Shown: one piece after another, positions 11,534 to 22,665 of the stretch
How positions within the stretch are numbered: position 1 is the stretch's first letter
How the letters are laid out: the number at the start of each line of letters is the position of its first letter
NCBI GenBank assembly: GCA_045159875.1
Contig: CP067995.1
Location: 864,001 to 928,000, forward strand
DNA: 64,000 nucleotides
Direction: 5' to 3'
From: a cyanobacterium endosymbiont of Rhopalodia gibba
Lineage (GTDB): Bacteria; Cyanobacteriota; Cyanobacteriia; Cyanobacteriales; Microcystaceae
Program-made: the position numbers and the translations under genes
Notes under the pieces: model-generated
Databases searched by the model: none
Told to the model about the DNA's origin: nothing
The model's input: the letters and a program-made list of their open reading frames with translations, nothing else

Positions 11534-14176
11534 TTACTTTAAAGGGTTAAAATTTTTATTTACTATTTTTATCCACCCATCTTCTAATAAAGTATAAAGT
11601 ACTGGAACTATAATTAAACTTAATAAAGACGAAGTAATTAATCCTCCAATAATAGCCACAGCCATAGGTTGTCTTAATTCTGAACCTGCTCCTAGTCCCA
11701 ACGCAATAGGCAACATTCCTAAAATTGTAGAGGTGGTTGTCATGATAATTGGTCTGAGGCGTACTTCTCCTGTCTCCAAAATAGCCTGATGACGATTTAT
11801 TCCCTGTTGTCTTAATTGGCTAATATAGTCCATTAATAATACAGCATTTTTATCTAATAATCCTAATAAAAAAATCAACCCTATTAAAGAAATCATTCCG
11901 AAATCATTCTGGGTAATTAACAAAGCCAACATTGCCCCAATAAGGGTCAACGGTAAGGACAGAACCACTACCAATGGTTCTAGCCATCGTCCAAACGAAA
12001 TATACAGAACAGCTATCATACAGACAACTGCTAAGATTAAGGCAATGGCAAATTCACTAAAAATCTTACGAACTTGTGCTGATGCTCCTTGAATATCAAA
12101 ACTAATATCATGAGGCAAGTTCGACTGAGTAATAGAAATCACTTTATTAGTAACATCCCCTAATCCAACTTTTTCTGTTAAATTAGCTGTTATGTAAATA
12201 ACTCGTTGTCTTTGAAAATGTTCAATTACAAGGGTTTGTTCATCCTCACTAGACATTTTGACATCAACTAATCCAGGAACTTCTTTGATGTGAGATTTCA
12301 ATTTCTCTGCTGTTTGTCGTAGAGATTTGAAGTCATTTCCTAATAAAGCAACTTTTAAAGTACTATCATCACCAGTTTCTACAAATAAAATATCTTCAAT
12401 ACTAGTGGTTACTCCTCGCAACTTAGGTAAAGTATTTCTAATACGTTCTTGAACTTCACTAGTACTAAATTGGCGATCACTGTTTAATTTTACATATATT
12501 TTTCCTTTCAAGGGATCACCGTGTACTCCAGCAATAGTATAGGCAGATTTCACATTAAAATCGTCTAAAATTAACTGCTCAAACTTTTTTCCTACACGAC
12601 TATTAATTCGTAATAAAAATTGTTCTGGTGATTGAGATAAATCAGAAATCCATGAAGAAGTATTATTATTAAAATTGATACGTAATCGTTGAGGAATTTT
12701 GGGAACTGGCAAAGTATAAATAATGTTGAACTCTCCCCGGTCTAATTTAGGGACAAATCCTCTAGGAATTAATGGAATTAAAGAAAGCCCTAAAATCAAA
12801 CTTATTAGGGCAATAGTTATCACAATCTTGCGATTTACCAAAGACCAATTCAATAAATTGCGATAAGGACGAACTAAGAAAAAAACTCTCTTTTTTTTAT
12901 TTTTTTCTGTCTTAGGTTTCATCCAATAGATAGCTAAAACAGGAGACAAAGTTCGAGCAACCATTAAAGAAATAAAAACTGCAGCAGAAACCGTTAGCCC
13001 AAAAGGTTTAAAAAAGTGCTCAAGATTACCCCCAATAAAAGCAATAGGAATAAAAACAGCTGCAATAGTAATAGTTGAAGCTGTTACTGTCAGTCCAATT
13101 TCATCAGTTCCTTTGATAGCTGCTTTCTTGGGATTTTCTCCACGGTCAATGTGACGAGCAATATTTTCTATATCCACAATGGCATCGTCAACAATAATGC
13201 CAATAACTAATGCCAATGCTAGTAAAGTCAGAGTTTCGAGATTAAACCCTGCTATCATCATCACAATAGCAGTTCCTAATAAGGAAATAGGAATGGTCAA
13301 GGCAGTAATTAAAGTTGCTTGAAAATTTTGTAGAAATGGAAATATAACTAAAATAGCTAAAACAATTGCTCCAATTAAACCCTGAATGGTTGACTGAGTA
13401 GCTTCCTCTATGTAATCAGCTTGAGTTTCTGCCAAAATTAGCCGTAGATCAGGTAAGTTGGCTTGTAACTCATCTACTGCTTTTTTTGTGAGACTCACTA
13501 CATTAAGGGTATTAGCATCAGCCTGCTTTACTATTCGTATCGACAAGACATCTTTTCTATTAAAGCGTACCAGTGTTGGGGGATTTATCTCATCAGGTTC
13601 AGTATCCTTGACTTCCCTAAAATTGCCATCTCCCAACAATTCTACCCGACTTACTCCCGGTAATTTTTCTAATGGAGGGATAATTTGCTGTCGAGCAATA
13701 TCGGCTAATGTCTCCAGAGGTTGAGTTTCACTTTGAATCGCATAACTGATAGCTGCTGATTCATTAATACTGAGAGTTCTAACTTTTAGGTTAGCATCAG
13801 AAGGTAAACTAGCTTGTTTGAGAGCAGATTTTACGATTTTGGTAGACTCATCTAGTTTTAATCGTGCATCAAATGCTACATTAATAATACTTTGCCCAGG
13901 ATAGCTAGAAGAAAATAACTCAGCATTATTAAGTGCTCGCAAAGATTCTTCAAGAGGATTAGTTAATCTTAGTTCTGTTTCCTCTGCAGTATTAAAAGGA
14001 ACAGTAGCCTGTATGACGACTATGGGAAAGGAAACATCAGGAAACAAGGCGTATCTCAAAGAACTAAAGGCAAAAATACCAAAAACTGTTACAATTGCCC
14101 AAAAACATAGGGTAAATCGTGCATATTTAATGGCAAAACGAGAAATGTTTAGACTTTTTCGAAGGGCTTGTTTCAT
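11534..14176 (-). CDS. RND-superfamily (AcrB-like) permease, short form
   Basis: ALFPDVSFP, GIIVDDAIV, KNAVLL, RLRPIIMTT, ELRQPMAVAIIGGLITS. Two-repeat TM layout, only 880 aa. Confidence 0.9.
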   Translation of the reverse strand: MKQALRKSLNISRFAIKYARFTLCFWAIVTVFGIFAFSSLRYALFPDVSFPIVVIQATVPFNTAEETELRLTNPLEESLRALNNAELFSSSYPGQSIINVAFDARLKLDESTKIVKSALKQASLPSDANLKVRTLSINESAAISYAIQSETQPLETLADIARQQIIPPLEKLPGVSRVELLGDGNFREVKDTEPDEINPPTLVRFNRKDVLSIRIVKQADANTLNVVSLTKKAVDELQANLPDLRLILAETQADYIEEATQSTIQGLIGAIVLAILVIFPFLQNFQATLITALTIPISLLGTAIVMMIAGFNLETLTLLALALVIGIIVDDAIVDIENIARHIDRGENPKKAAIKGTDEIGLTVTASTITIAAVFIPIAFIGGNLEHFFKPFGLTVSAAVFISLMVARTLSPVLAIYWMKPKTEKNKKKRVFFLVRPYRNLLNWSLVNRKIVITIALISLILGLSLIPLIPRGFVPKLDRGEFNIIYTLPVPKIPQRLRINFNNNTSSWISDLSQSPEQFLLRINSRVGKKFEQLILDDFNVKSAYTIAGVHGDPLKGKIYVKLNSDRQFSTSEVQERIRNTLPKLRGVTTSIEDILFVETGDDSTLKVALLGNDFKSLRQTAEKLKSHIKEVPGLVDVKMSSEDEQTLVIEHFQRQRVIYITANLTEKVGLGDVTNKVISITQSNLPHDISFDIQGASAQVRKIFSEFAIALILAVVCMIAVLYISFGRWLEPLVVVLSLPLTLIGAMLALLITQNDFGMISLIGLIFLLGLLDKNAVLLMDYISQLRQQGINRHQAILETGEVRLRPIIMTTTSTILGMLPIALGLGAGSELRQPMAVAIIGGLITSSLLSLIIVPVLYTLLEDGWIKIVNKNFNPLK

Positions 14177-14240
14177 CGAGTTACTACTTAACTGTCATTT
14201 CCTTTGGTTATACCAAGTCGTCTTTTCTAATGACGATTTC

Positions 14241-14588
14241 TTAATCTTCAAATAAGAGATCTCCGAGAACTTGATCAAAGCAAGCTGTTCCATAAGAAGT
14301 TAAAATTTCTTTAGCCTTAGGATCTTTATTACGATATCTATTTAATAAATTCTGAAAGTCATTGAACTTATGTTTACTTTTGAGCGTATTAACAGTGCAA
14401 TTACATAACTTTCTGGATTCCTCCTTGGTAAGACCGGATGCTTGTGCTTCCGGAACACAATTTTTTTGATAGAAATCTGCAAAGGGATCTGGTGCAGCGC
14501 TTACGTTTTGGGAAATAGGGACAATTGACACCGCTCCTACGACTAGTAAAGTTAATAAGGTAAATATATAGCGAGTATTATTAATCAT
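14241..14588 (-). CDS. Small secreted/periplasmic protein with four Cys, unknown function
   Basis: Signal-peptide-like N-terminus ending VSA-AP, Cys pattern C-x17-CxC...C. Ends 64 bp upstream of the RND gene on the same strand. Confidence 0.75.
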   Translation of the reverse strand: MINNTRYIFTLLTLLVVGAVSIVPISQNVSAAPDPFADFYQKNCVPEAQASGLTKEESRKLCNCTVNTLKSKHKFNDFQNLLNRYRNKDPKAKEILTSYGTACFDQVLGDLLFED

Positions 14589-14706
14589 AAATTTATGGTC
14601 GACTCCAGACGATCCAGTAAATTAACAAACAAACAGTTTTATTTTTCGCTTTCAGTCTACACTCGCCTGAGGTTTAAAATAGCTTTCACTATAACAGTTT
14701 TAAGAA

Positions 14707-14736
14707 TTGCATAAACTCCATAATTTTTGATATAAT
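14707..14736 (+). promoter_or_regulatory. Sigma70-type promoter of tRNA-Cys
   Basis: TTGCAT-N18-TATAAT with a TG extended -10, ending 19 nt before the tRNA. Confidence 0.6.
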
Positions 14737-14755
14737 GACAAAGCCTAATAAAAAT

Positions 14756-14827
<72 letters not shown>

Positions 14828-15079
14828 TTAAATGTTAAACTTAATTCAGTAAGTTTTGTTCTAACTATTGTATTTTTGTGAAGCGACTTACGGTTGTTTT
14901 TCTAGTTTACTAGAGAAATTGTTCTGTGCTATGGACAAAGATATGATCTATGGCGAACCGTGGACGGATATGAGAAAATTCTGGATATTGTAGTTTAAAA
15001 ACCAAAAATGTTTAAAAATAAAAGGCTCTCGTAGATTGTTGATAAATACGCCATTAACGCTTTTTATTCTTCTGCACTA

Positions 15080-15263
15080 TTAAAGATAAAGCAGCATAAA
15101 CAAAATAATCTGAATAAAATCAACAAAGTGTCAGAATATTGACCTGCATTAATATCGGGTTGAATAGAAGTGTAATTGACCTGATATCAAAGAACGACAA
15201 TATATCAATAACAATAAAATTATTCTTGTCGAGACATGTAACCCATAAAATCTTAAGTAAGAA
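15080..15263 (-). pseudogene. ctaE: Remnant of haem-copper oxidase subunit III (CtaE/CoxC family, possibly ARTO type)
   Basis: Minus strand gives RFYGLHVSTRIILLLLIYCRSLISG then F*HFVDFIQIILFMLLYL*, matching the family signatures GFHGLHV and WHFVD, with stop codons. Confidence 0.75.
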
Positions 15264-15743
15264 ACCAGTCATTCTTTTAAATACAGGAAAATATAAGTAA
15301 GCGACAAGAAAATGAAGTAATTGTGATTAATGGCTTCAACACAGTAACTATAAATAAGTTACTTTATCTCCAAAAAGTAAATTGATCTTTTCTTTTGTTA
15401 GGTTACTCTTTAAATTAAGTTAAATCACTCATTAATCATCAATAAATATGTTGACTATAAATTAGTAGTATAAAGTTTTCGAGTTTCGCAGCATAATTTT
15501 GTTTAAATTGACATTACGCACTTCACTTCGAAATGAAGCATTATAAATTTTTTACAGAAATGCTTTTTTCAAACAAGTTCTTTTGTTCACTTGAGAAATT
15601 TTGTGAACTAAATTTTTATAGCAACTTTTAAAAAGGTAGTTGACAGTAAAAAGAGCATCTAAATTTTTATTTTTTTGTATACTTTTTTCATTAAAAATAA
15701 AATTAATTAAAAGTAAAACTTATGACTATTTACAAAACAATTA

Positions 15744-15764
15744 AGGGTGAATATTTTTCACCCT
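15744..15764 (-). terminator. Hairpin downstream of murA
   Basis: agggtgaa-tattt-ttcaccct, 28 nt past the murA stop. The U-tract is weak. Confidence 0.55.
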
Positions 15765-15792
15765 ACATTAGTTACATTCCTACTTTTGACTA

Positions 15793-17133
15793 CTAATTAG
15801 TTATTGTTGAATATGAGGTTAATTCTTCTTTAGAGGTAAGATTAATTCGACGGAGATTAGCTCCTAATTGGCGTAATTTTCCCTCTAAATTATCATAACC
15901 ACGATCTAAATGATGTAACCCCTGTACTAACGTCTTTCCTTGAGCTGCTAGTCCCGATAATACTAAAGCAGCTGAAGCCCGTAAATCCGTTGCCATGACT
16001 GGTGCACCTGAAAGGAAGGGAACTCCCCGTACCAGAGCAATGTTACCTTTAACACGGATATCTGCTCCCATTCGTTGGAACTCTGCTACATGGCGCAGAC
16101 GATTCTCAAATACAGTTTCGGTGATAACACTATTGCCTTCACTTAGGGTTAGCAAGGCCATAAATTGAGCTTGCATATCAGTGGGAAAACCAGGAAAGGG
16201 TAAGGTTTCAATGTCAGTTGCCCGTAACGGTGCAGGAATTAAACGTAAGCGATTAGGCTCTTCGATAATCACCTGAGGTCCGATAGCTCGCAATTTAGCA
16301 ATAGCTGAAGCTATATGCTCAGGAATTACAGGAAATAGACTAATTTCGGACTGGGTAATAGCTCCAGCAACCAAAAAGGTTCCTGCTTCAATGCGATCAG
16401 GGACAACACAGTAGTCTGTACTATGTAAACGTTCAACCCCAGAAATAATAATCTTATTAGTTCCTGCTCCTCGAATTTTAGCTCCCATAGAACAGCAAAA
16501 ACGTGCTAAATCGATAATTTCCGGTTCTTGGGCTGCATTCTCAATGATAGTTTCCCCATCGGCTAAAGTTGCTGCCATCATAATTGTTTCTGTGGCACCA
16601 ACGCTCGGATAGTCTAAATAAATCTTTGCTCCCGTTAAGCGATTGTGACTACCTTTAACACAAGCATGGACTTCTCCATGTTCGATGCGAACGTCAGCGC
16701 CCATGGACTGTAACCCTCGGACGTGAAGATCCACCGGTCTAGCTCCGATGGCACAGCCCCCTGGTAAGGGTACACGAGTCATACCTAAACGGGCTAATAA
16801 CGGACCTATAACAAAGAAACTTGCCCGCAGTTGGGATACCAATTCATAAGGAGCTTGAGATTTACTAATATTTTGAGCATTGATATCCAAAATGTTACCG
16901 TTTCTGTGAAGCTTAACTCCTAAAGCCGCCAAAACTTGGGTCATGCGGTTGATATCAACTAGGGAAGGGAGATTCCTCAAGCGACAGTCTTCAGAACACA
17001 AAAGAGAACCTGCCATCAGGGCAAGAGCAGAGTTTTTAGCTCCACTAATGACGACTTCTCCTTTAAGAGGAGTTTGACCCTGAATTTCTAAAACCGTTTG
17101 CTGTTTTTCAAGATGAGAGGGCATAGACATCAA
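15793..17133 (-). CDS. murA: UDP-N-acetylglucosamine 1-carboxyvinyltransferase
   Basis: [23 protein letters not shown] (catalytic Cys), [31 protein letters not shown]. Confidence 0.97.
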   Translation of the reverse strand: MMSMPSHLEKQQTVLEIQGQTPLKGEVVISGAKNSALALMAGSLLCSEDCRLRNLPSLVDINRMTQVLAALGVKLHRNGNILDINAQNISKSQAPYELVSQLRASFFVIGPLLARLGMTRVPLPGGCAIGARPVDLHVRGLQSMGADVRIEHGEVHACVKGSHNRLTGAKIYLDYPSVGATETIMMAATLADGETIIENAAQEPEIIDLARFCCSMGAKIRGAGTNKIIISGVERLHSTDYCVVPDRIEAGTFLVAGAITQSEISLFPVIPEHIASAIAKLRAIGPQVIIEEPNRLRLIPAPLRATDIETLPFPGFPTDMQAQFMALLTLSEGNSVITETVFENRLRHVAEFQRMGADIRVKGNIALVRGVPFLSGAPVMATDLRASAALVLSGLAAQGKTLVQGLHHLDRGYDNLEGKLRQLGANLRRINLTSKEELTSYSTITN

Positions 17134-17324
17134 GATATAGTTAATCTTTATGATTGTTTAATTAAAAAGTATAATCTTTTATAGTTTTTAATTAAAATTC
17201 GTCTACAATTTAACCCTAAATAACTAAAAAAGTCTAGTTTAACTCTTATATATACACTATTATCTCAGCTTAAACTTAGCAAAAGAGGCAAAAAAAGAGT
17301 ATTAATAATTGTGGGTTTTAATTC

Positions 17325-17353
17325 TTGACTTAATTAGCCGAACTAGTTACCAT
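17325..17353 (+). promoter_or_regulatory. Sigma70-type promoter of the tRNA-Leu/TrmH-family unit
   Basis: TTGACT-N17-TACCAT, ending 22 nt upstream of the tRNA. Confidence 0.6.
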
Positions 17354-17375
17354 TAAGAAGCAACTTTGTCAAATT

Positions 17376-17459
17376 GCGGGGCTGGCGGAATTGGTAGACG
17401 CGCTAGATTCAGATTCTGGTGTCCGCAAGGACTTTCGGGTTCAAGTCCCGAGTTCCGCA
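17376..17459 (+). tRNA. trnL: tRNA-Leu (CAG), CCA not encoded
   Basis: GCGGGGC/GTTCCGC acceptor stem, GGCGGAATTGGTAGACGC D-arm, anticodon loop TT-CAG-AT, variable arm GTCC-GCAA-GGAC, T-arm TCGGG-TTCAAGT-CCCGA. Confidence 0.93.
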
Positions 17460-17497
17460 TCAGGTTAAAATTGAGGTGAATATTTAAAAGATCCCCA

Positions 17498-18304
17498 ATG
17501 ATTACTAGCATTAAGAATCCTCTTGTTAAGCAAATCAGAAAGTTACATCGTACTCAGGGACGGCGTAAACAAAACCTATTGCTTTTGGAAGGGACTCATT
17601 TGTTAGAGACGGCTTGTCAGTCCAATTGTTCCCTAATAACATTATGTTTTACGGAACAATGGCAAGTTCGTTATCCTCAATTATGGACAATTGCATCTCA
17701 AAAGGCACAACGCATCGAACTTGTTACAACAGAAGTGCTGCAGTCAATGACAACTACTGTTAATCCTGATGGCGTAGTTGCGACTATAGTTTCCCTCAAA
17801 CAGCCAGAATCAGCGATCACTGATTTTCAGTTGGGTTTAATCTTAGAAAGACTACAAGATCCAGGAAATTTGGGAACAATTATTCGGACTGCTGTGGCTA
17901 CTGAAGTTAATGGAATCTGGCTAACTGATGACAGTGTTGAAGTTGATAATCCGAAAGTATTAAGAAGTTCTGCGGGTGCTTGGTTTCATGTTCCTATGAT
18001 GGTAAGTTTTGATTTGTCTACTGTTATTAGAAACTATCAACAGACAGGTGTACAAGTTATTGCAACTTTACCAACCGCAACCCAACCTTATTGGGAGATA
18101 GATTGGACTAAACCTAGTTTAATTTTATTGGGAAATGAAGGGGCAGGATTGTCACAAAAATTAGTAAATTTAGCTGATAAAATTGTTAGCATCCCTTTAG
18201 GAAAAAGAGTCGAATCATTAAATGTAGCTATAGCCTGTGCCGTACTTTTATACGAAGGAAAACGACAACGAGTTAACAGTGAAAAATCTTCTATGCTGAA
18301 CTGA
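17498..18304 (+). CDS. TrmH/SpoU-family RNA 2'-O-methyltransferase
   Basis: ITSIKNPLVK, LQDPGNLGTIIRTA, LGNEGAGL, ESLNVAIA. Confidence 0.93.
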   Translation: MITSIKNPLVKQIRKLHRTQGRRKQNLLLLEGTHLLETACQSNCSLITLCFTEQWQVRYPQLWTIASQKAQRIELVTTEVLQSMTTTVNPDGVVATIVSLKQPESAITDFQLGLILERLQDPGNLGTIIRTAVATEVNGIWLTDDSVEVDNPKVLRSSAGAWFHVPMMVSFDLSTVIRNYQQTGVQVIATLPTATQPYWEIDWTKPSLILLGNEGAGLSQKLVNLADKIVSIPLGKRVESLNVAIACAVLLYEGKRQRVNSEKSSMLN

Positions 18305-19574
18305 GTCTACTAAGTCAGTGGCTAATAACTACTGAAACCTTTATTCTTACTACATTCCAAGGAAATAATTGCAGTCTTTGTTTATTAAAACATCCTCATA
18401 GTTACTCTAGAAACCCCGTTATTTTTTCTTAAAAATTGTCCTAGTTTCTTTTCGTTTAATATCTCTGCTTCTATTTGTCAAAAATTTTCAAGTGTTCCTA
18501 ATTTAGATTGGGTGATATTGAGAATTGTTAACTTAAACTAACGCCATATATCAGTCCACTAAATTAGTAGGAAAGATTTTATTTGCAAATAGTTACTATG
18601 GCTAACTTTTTTTAATTAAAAACTTAAAACAGTTCAAGAATATATCGTGTTTACGCGAGTATATAGATACTAAGTACCAGTTTACTTAATTAATCTAAAT
18701 TTCCGGCTAATCAATGATGTAAATTCGAGCTAACTGGGCTGGATACTATACTATTCAGTTGGTCAAATTAAAATTTTTCTTTTGAGGATAATCAATCATA
18801 ATTATTCTATAAAACTAGTTTTTTTTAGGTTTAATAGCCTTAAACCCTCTTCTGTAAAATTACTCTAGTAAATCCGGTTTCATAATCATGAAGCTTTTCC
18901 TAACTATCTGTTAATATTGGCGGTAAAGTTTTTATAACTACGCAAAGATATGACTATAATGGTTACCTATTACTCTATTAATTTTATAATTAGCACAATA
19001 AAGGTAATTTTATGAAAATTTTTAGAAAAATCTATATTTAAAATAGCGATTATACGCTTCTCTTTTAAACATTTTTACAGATAAATTATAAACCTATTTT
19101 TTAAAACTTTAGTGTTGCTTTGGTCTCTTCAAACCCAATAAAAGCTAATTTTTTGACTTAAAAATATAGAAGATAGAGGATTTTATCTTCTCTTAAGATA
19201 AACGATAAAAATTCTATATACGATATAAATTCAAGAAAGAACTATTGAAAGAAATAATATTTTTTATCTAAATGGTTTAATCGGCAGTAAAGTAAGAATG
19301 TAGGAAGATTTTTTAAAAGTTAATCGAGGTATTGGTGATAAAAACAACTCTATATCGGCTTTTAATAAACTGTATAACTAACAGATGGGCTAATTTTATC
19401 TGAAATAGTAATAATTTTTCTCTTTCCTAACTATGTCCAACATCTTCTGTACTTTTAACCAAATTTTTAGAAAAAATCCTTGAAGAAAAATTCTATTTAC
19501 CTAGATTTTAGAAGATAAGAGGACTGTTAAAATGTTAAATGGAACCTTTACACAGTTTCTCAAGGATACTTTTT

Positions 19575-21248
19575 CTAAGAAAAACTGTATATAGTTTGCA
19601 TCTCTAGGTTTTTCAAATATTGAGAGGGTTTTTGAGTTACAGGGAAAGTATGACGATCTAATTGAACTTGCAACCCTAACATGGGATCATCCCCTGATGA
19701 AATGAGAAATTCTAGACGTTGAATACTCTTCCAAGTAGAAAGTTCATCAAGGATTCCAGTGATCGCCTGTAAATAAAGATGTTTTGAGTTTCGATACCAG
19801 TGGGGATTAACCATTTTTCCTTGTTCAAACCCTAGATGGAAAATCAAGGAAGGACTACCAAACAAAGCGATTGCGACGGGTCTAACTTCTTCCTGTAAAA
19901 ACAATTGAGCTGAACGTCCTAACTTTCGTAGTTTCTCTAAATTAGCATAACGTTCTTTAGCTGAGCTCTCTTTTATTTCCCAATCAATAGCAACTGTAAT
20001 CAAATAAGTATTTAACAATAAATGTCCTAGTTTTTCAGCTTTTGTCGCTAAATAACTAGAATTATAATTATTAGATTCAATTAATAAAGGAACTCTATCT
20101 ACTACTTCTAAACCATATCCTTTTAACCCGGCAATTTTTCGGGGATTGTTAGTAATCAAACGAATTTGTTTAATACCCAAATCATTTAACATTTGCGCTC
20201 CCATACCATAATCGCGCAAATCAGCTGGAAACCCCAATTTTTCATTAGCTTCCACCGTATCGAGTCCTATATCTTGTAGGGAATAAGCTTTTAATTTATT
20301 AACTAACCCAATACCTCGCCCTTCTTGACGTAAATAAACAACGACTCCTAAGCCAGCCTCCTCAATCATTTTTAAGGCGGTTTGCAGTTGCATTCGACAG
20401 TCACAACGCAATGAGCCCAAGGCATCCCCTGTTAAGCATTCTGAATGCATTCGCACCATGACCGGTTGATCCGTAAACTGTGCAGGATCTCCCTTAACAA
20501 TTGCTATGTGTTCAGTTCCATCGAGAGCATTACGATAGGCATAAACCTGAAATGTTCCAAATTTACTGGGAAATTGACAAATTGTTTCCCGATAAACAAA
20601 GCGATCATGTTGAAGGCGATAGCTGATTAAATCAGCGATACTAATTAGTTTTAAATGATGTTTTCGGGCATATTCAAACAGTTGAGGGAGTCGTGCCATA
20701 GAACCATCATAGTTTTGAATTTCGCAGATCACCCCAGCTGGATATAGTCCTGCTAACCTCGATAAATCAACGGCTGATTCCGTATGGCCAGCACGTTTAA
20801 GAACACCCCCTTCTTTGGCTCGTATCGGAAAAATATGCCCTGGACGGGTTAAGTCGTCAGGGTGAGTATGGGGGTTAATTGCTACTTGGATAGTACGGGC
20901 GCGATCATCAGCAGAAATACCCGTCGTTACTCCTAAATGAGGTGCAGCATCAATACTGACGGTAAAAGCAGTTTGATTACTATCAGTATTTTTTGTAACC
21001 ATCAGGGGTAAATCTAGGGAATCGAGGCGTTCACCCATCATGGCTAAACAAATTAACCCCCGTGCCTCTACTGCCATAAAATTTACCATATTCGGAGTAG
21101 CAAATTGGGCAGCACAGATTATATCTCCTTCATTTTCCCGATTTTCGTCATCTACTACCACAACGGAGCGACCGGCTTTAATATCGGCTAAAGCAGCATC
21201 GATAGAATCAAATTTGGTAATTGAGTTTGGTGAAGCGTCCACAGGCAA
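19575..21248 (-). CDS. ribBA: Bifunctional DHBP synthase / GTP cyclohydrolase II with cyanobacterial C-terminal extension
   Basis: [45 protein letters not shown]. Confidence 0.96.
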   Translation of the reverse strand: MPVDASPNSITKFDSIDAALADIKAGRSVVVVDDENRENEGDIICAAQFATPNMVNFMAVEARGLICLAMMGERLDSLDLPLMVTKNTDSNQTAFTVSIDAAPHLGVTTGISADDRARTIQVAINPHTHPDDLTRPGHIFPIRAKEGGVLKRAGHTESAVDLSRLAGLYPAGVICEIQNYDGSMARLPQLFEYARKHHLKLISIADLISYRLQHDRFVYRETICQFPSKFGTFQVYAYRNALDGTEHIAIVKGDPAQFTDQPVMVRMHSECLTGDALGSLRCDCRMQLQTALKMIEEAGLGVVVYLRQEGRGIGLVNKLKAYSLQDIGLDTVEANEKLGFPADLRDYGMGAQMLNDLGIKQIRLITNNPRKIAGLKGYGLEVVDRVPLLIESNNYNSSYLATKAEKLGHLLLNTYLITVAIDWEIKESSAKERYANLEKLRKLGRSAQLFLQEEVRPVAIALFGSPSLIFHLGFEQGKMVNPHWYRNSKHLYLQAITGILDELSTWKSIQRLEFLISSGDDPMLGLQVQLDRHTFPVTQKPSQYLKNLEMQTIYSFS

Positions 21249-21963
21249 TTGAGGTATTGATAGAGTTTTTAGTTAATAGTTCTATTTTGACATTTTCACC
21301 AAAAAACTATTTAAATCTGTTGCTTATTAATATGTTCTAAATTCTTTAGACATCTTCGTCTGCAATTGAAGCACGGTTTTTGACCGAAACAATCACCTAA
21401 GTAATACTTTCAGGGAAGATAACCACCAATTCTCTCTTATCCATGCGACTTCTCTCTTATTCATGTGATCCAATCCTATTTGGACATCCACAACTCCATC
21501 CAATAATTGCTTTATTTTGAGCTTCAAAATTTTTTTGTTAAATTTCTTTGATAATTAACATCGACAATTTCCTTGTGATTACGTTCGCATTCACAATCAC
21601 CTTATCTAAAAAGAGTGCGGTTAAACACCTCAGCAGCAATTTCCTCTTAGGGGTTTCTGGAAGAAACAAAACACTCAAGACGAAGACTGCCAAATTAGTT
21701 AGTGGATAACTCTCAACTAAGAAAAACGTGCAGACGGTGGCTTTTTGTATACCACAGACACACAGTGTAACTTGAAGTCAGATACTGCAATGATACTGTA
21801 TTCATCGTACAACAACCAGTATAGTATGATTAATACATGATTTTTTATAAGAATCTTGTTAAATTACGACGTAATCTTATGATAAAATTCTTTTCTGTTA
21901 GTTTTATCTCAACGTAGGTAGACGACTTTCAGGCAACATTTTTTGAATATATTGATTATTCTT

Positions 21964-22665
21964 GTGCAAATTGATGTTATAACCTTATTCCCTGATTTTT
22001 TCACTTCTCCTCTTCAAGAGGGACTCTTAGGAAGAGCTTTGGTTAAAGAGATTGCTAGGGTTAATCTCGTTAATCCTCGTAGATTTGCTCTTGATAAGCA
22101 TCATCGCGTAGATGATGAACCTTACGGGGGAGGAGTGGGAATGCTTCTGAAACCTGAGCCTATTTTTTCGGCAGTAGAGTCTTTATCGATATTGGACAAA
22201 CCCAATATCATCTTACTGACTCCTCAAGGACAACCTCTTAACCAACCCTTACTACGAAAATTGTCCACTGAGTATGATCAATTGGTTCTTATTTGTGGCC
22301 ATTATGAAGGAGTGGATGACCGTATTCGTCACTTAGTTGATCAAGAAATTTCTTTAGGAGATTTTGTTCTAACCTGTGGAGAAATTCCTGCATTAGCTTT
22401 AATCAATGGAGTTGTTCGCCTCTTACCTGGAACAGTTGGTAAGATTGAATCTCTTAAATCCGAAAGTTTTGAAGCTGGGCTACTCGATTATCCTCAATAT
22501 ACTCGTCCTTCTACTTTTCGGGGTTGGGAAGTTCCTGAAGTGCTAAGGTCAGGAAATCATCAAGCGATTGAAAAATGGCGGTATCAACAACAACTTAAAA
22601 GAACTCAAGAACGCCGATCTGATTTGTGGGAAAAATGGTTAAAGTCTTCTCAAAGCAATAAGTAA
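21964..22665 (+). CDS. trmD: tRNA (guanine37-N1)-methyltransferase
   Basis: QIDVITLFP (GTG start at 21964 preferred over TTG at 21943), VDDEPYGGGVGM, CGHYEGVD, SLGDFVLTCGE, LLDYPQYTRP. Confidence 0.96.
   Translation: MQIDVITLFPDFFTSPLQEGLLGRALVKEIARVNLVNPRRFALDKHHRVDDEPYGGGVGMLLKPEPIFSAVESLSILDKPNIILLTPQGQPLNQPLLRKLSTEYDQLVLICGHYEGVDDRIRHLVDQEISLGDFVLTCGEIPALALINGVVRLLPGTVGKIESLKSESFEAGLLDYPQYTRPSTFRGWEVPEVLRSGNHQAIEKWRYQQQLKRTQERRSDLWEKWLKSSQSNK

Noticed and set aside
14828..15790. tRNA-Cys as an integration site for a mobile element
   Set aside because: No duplicated tRNA 3' end and no integrase. The downstream DNA includes a native oxidase remnant.
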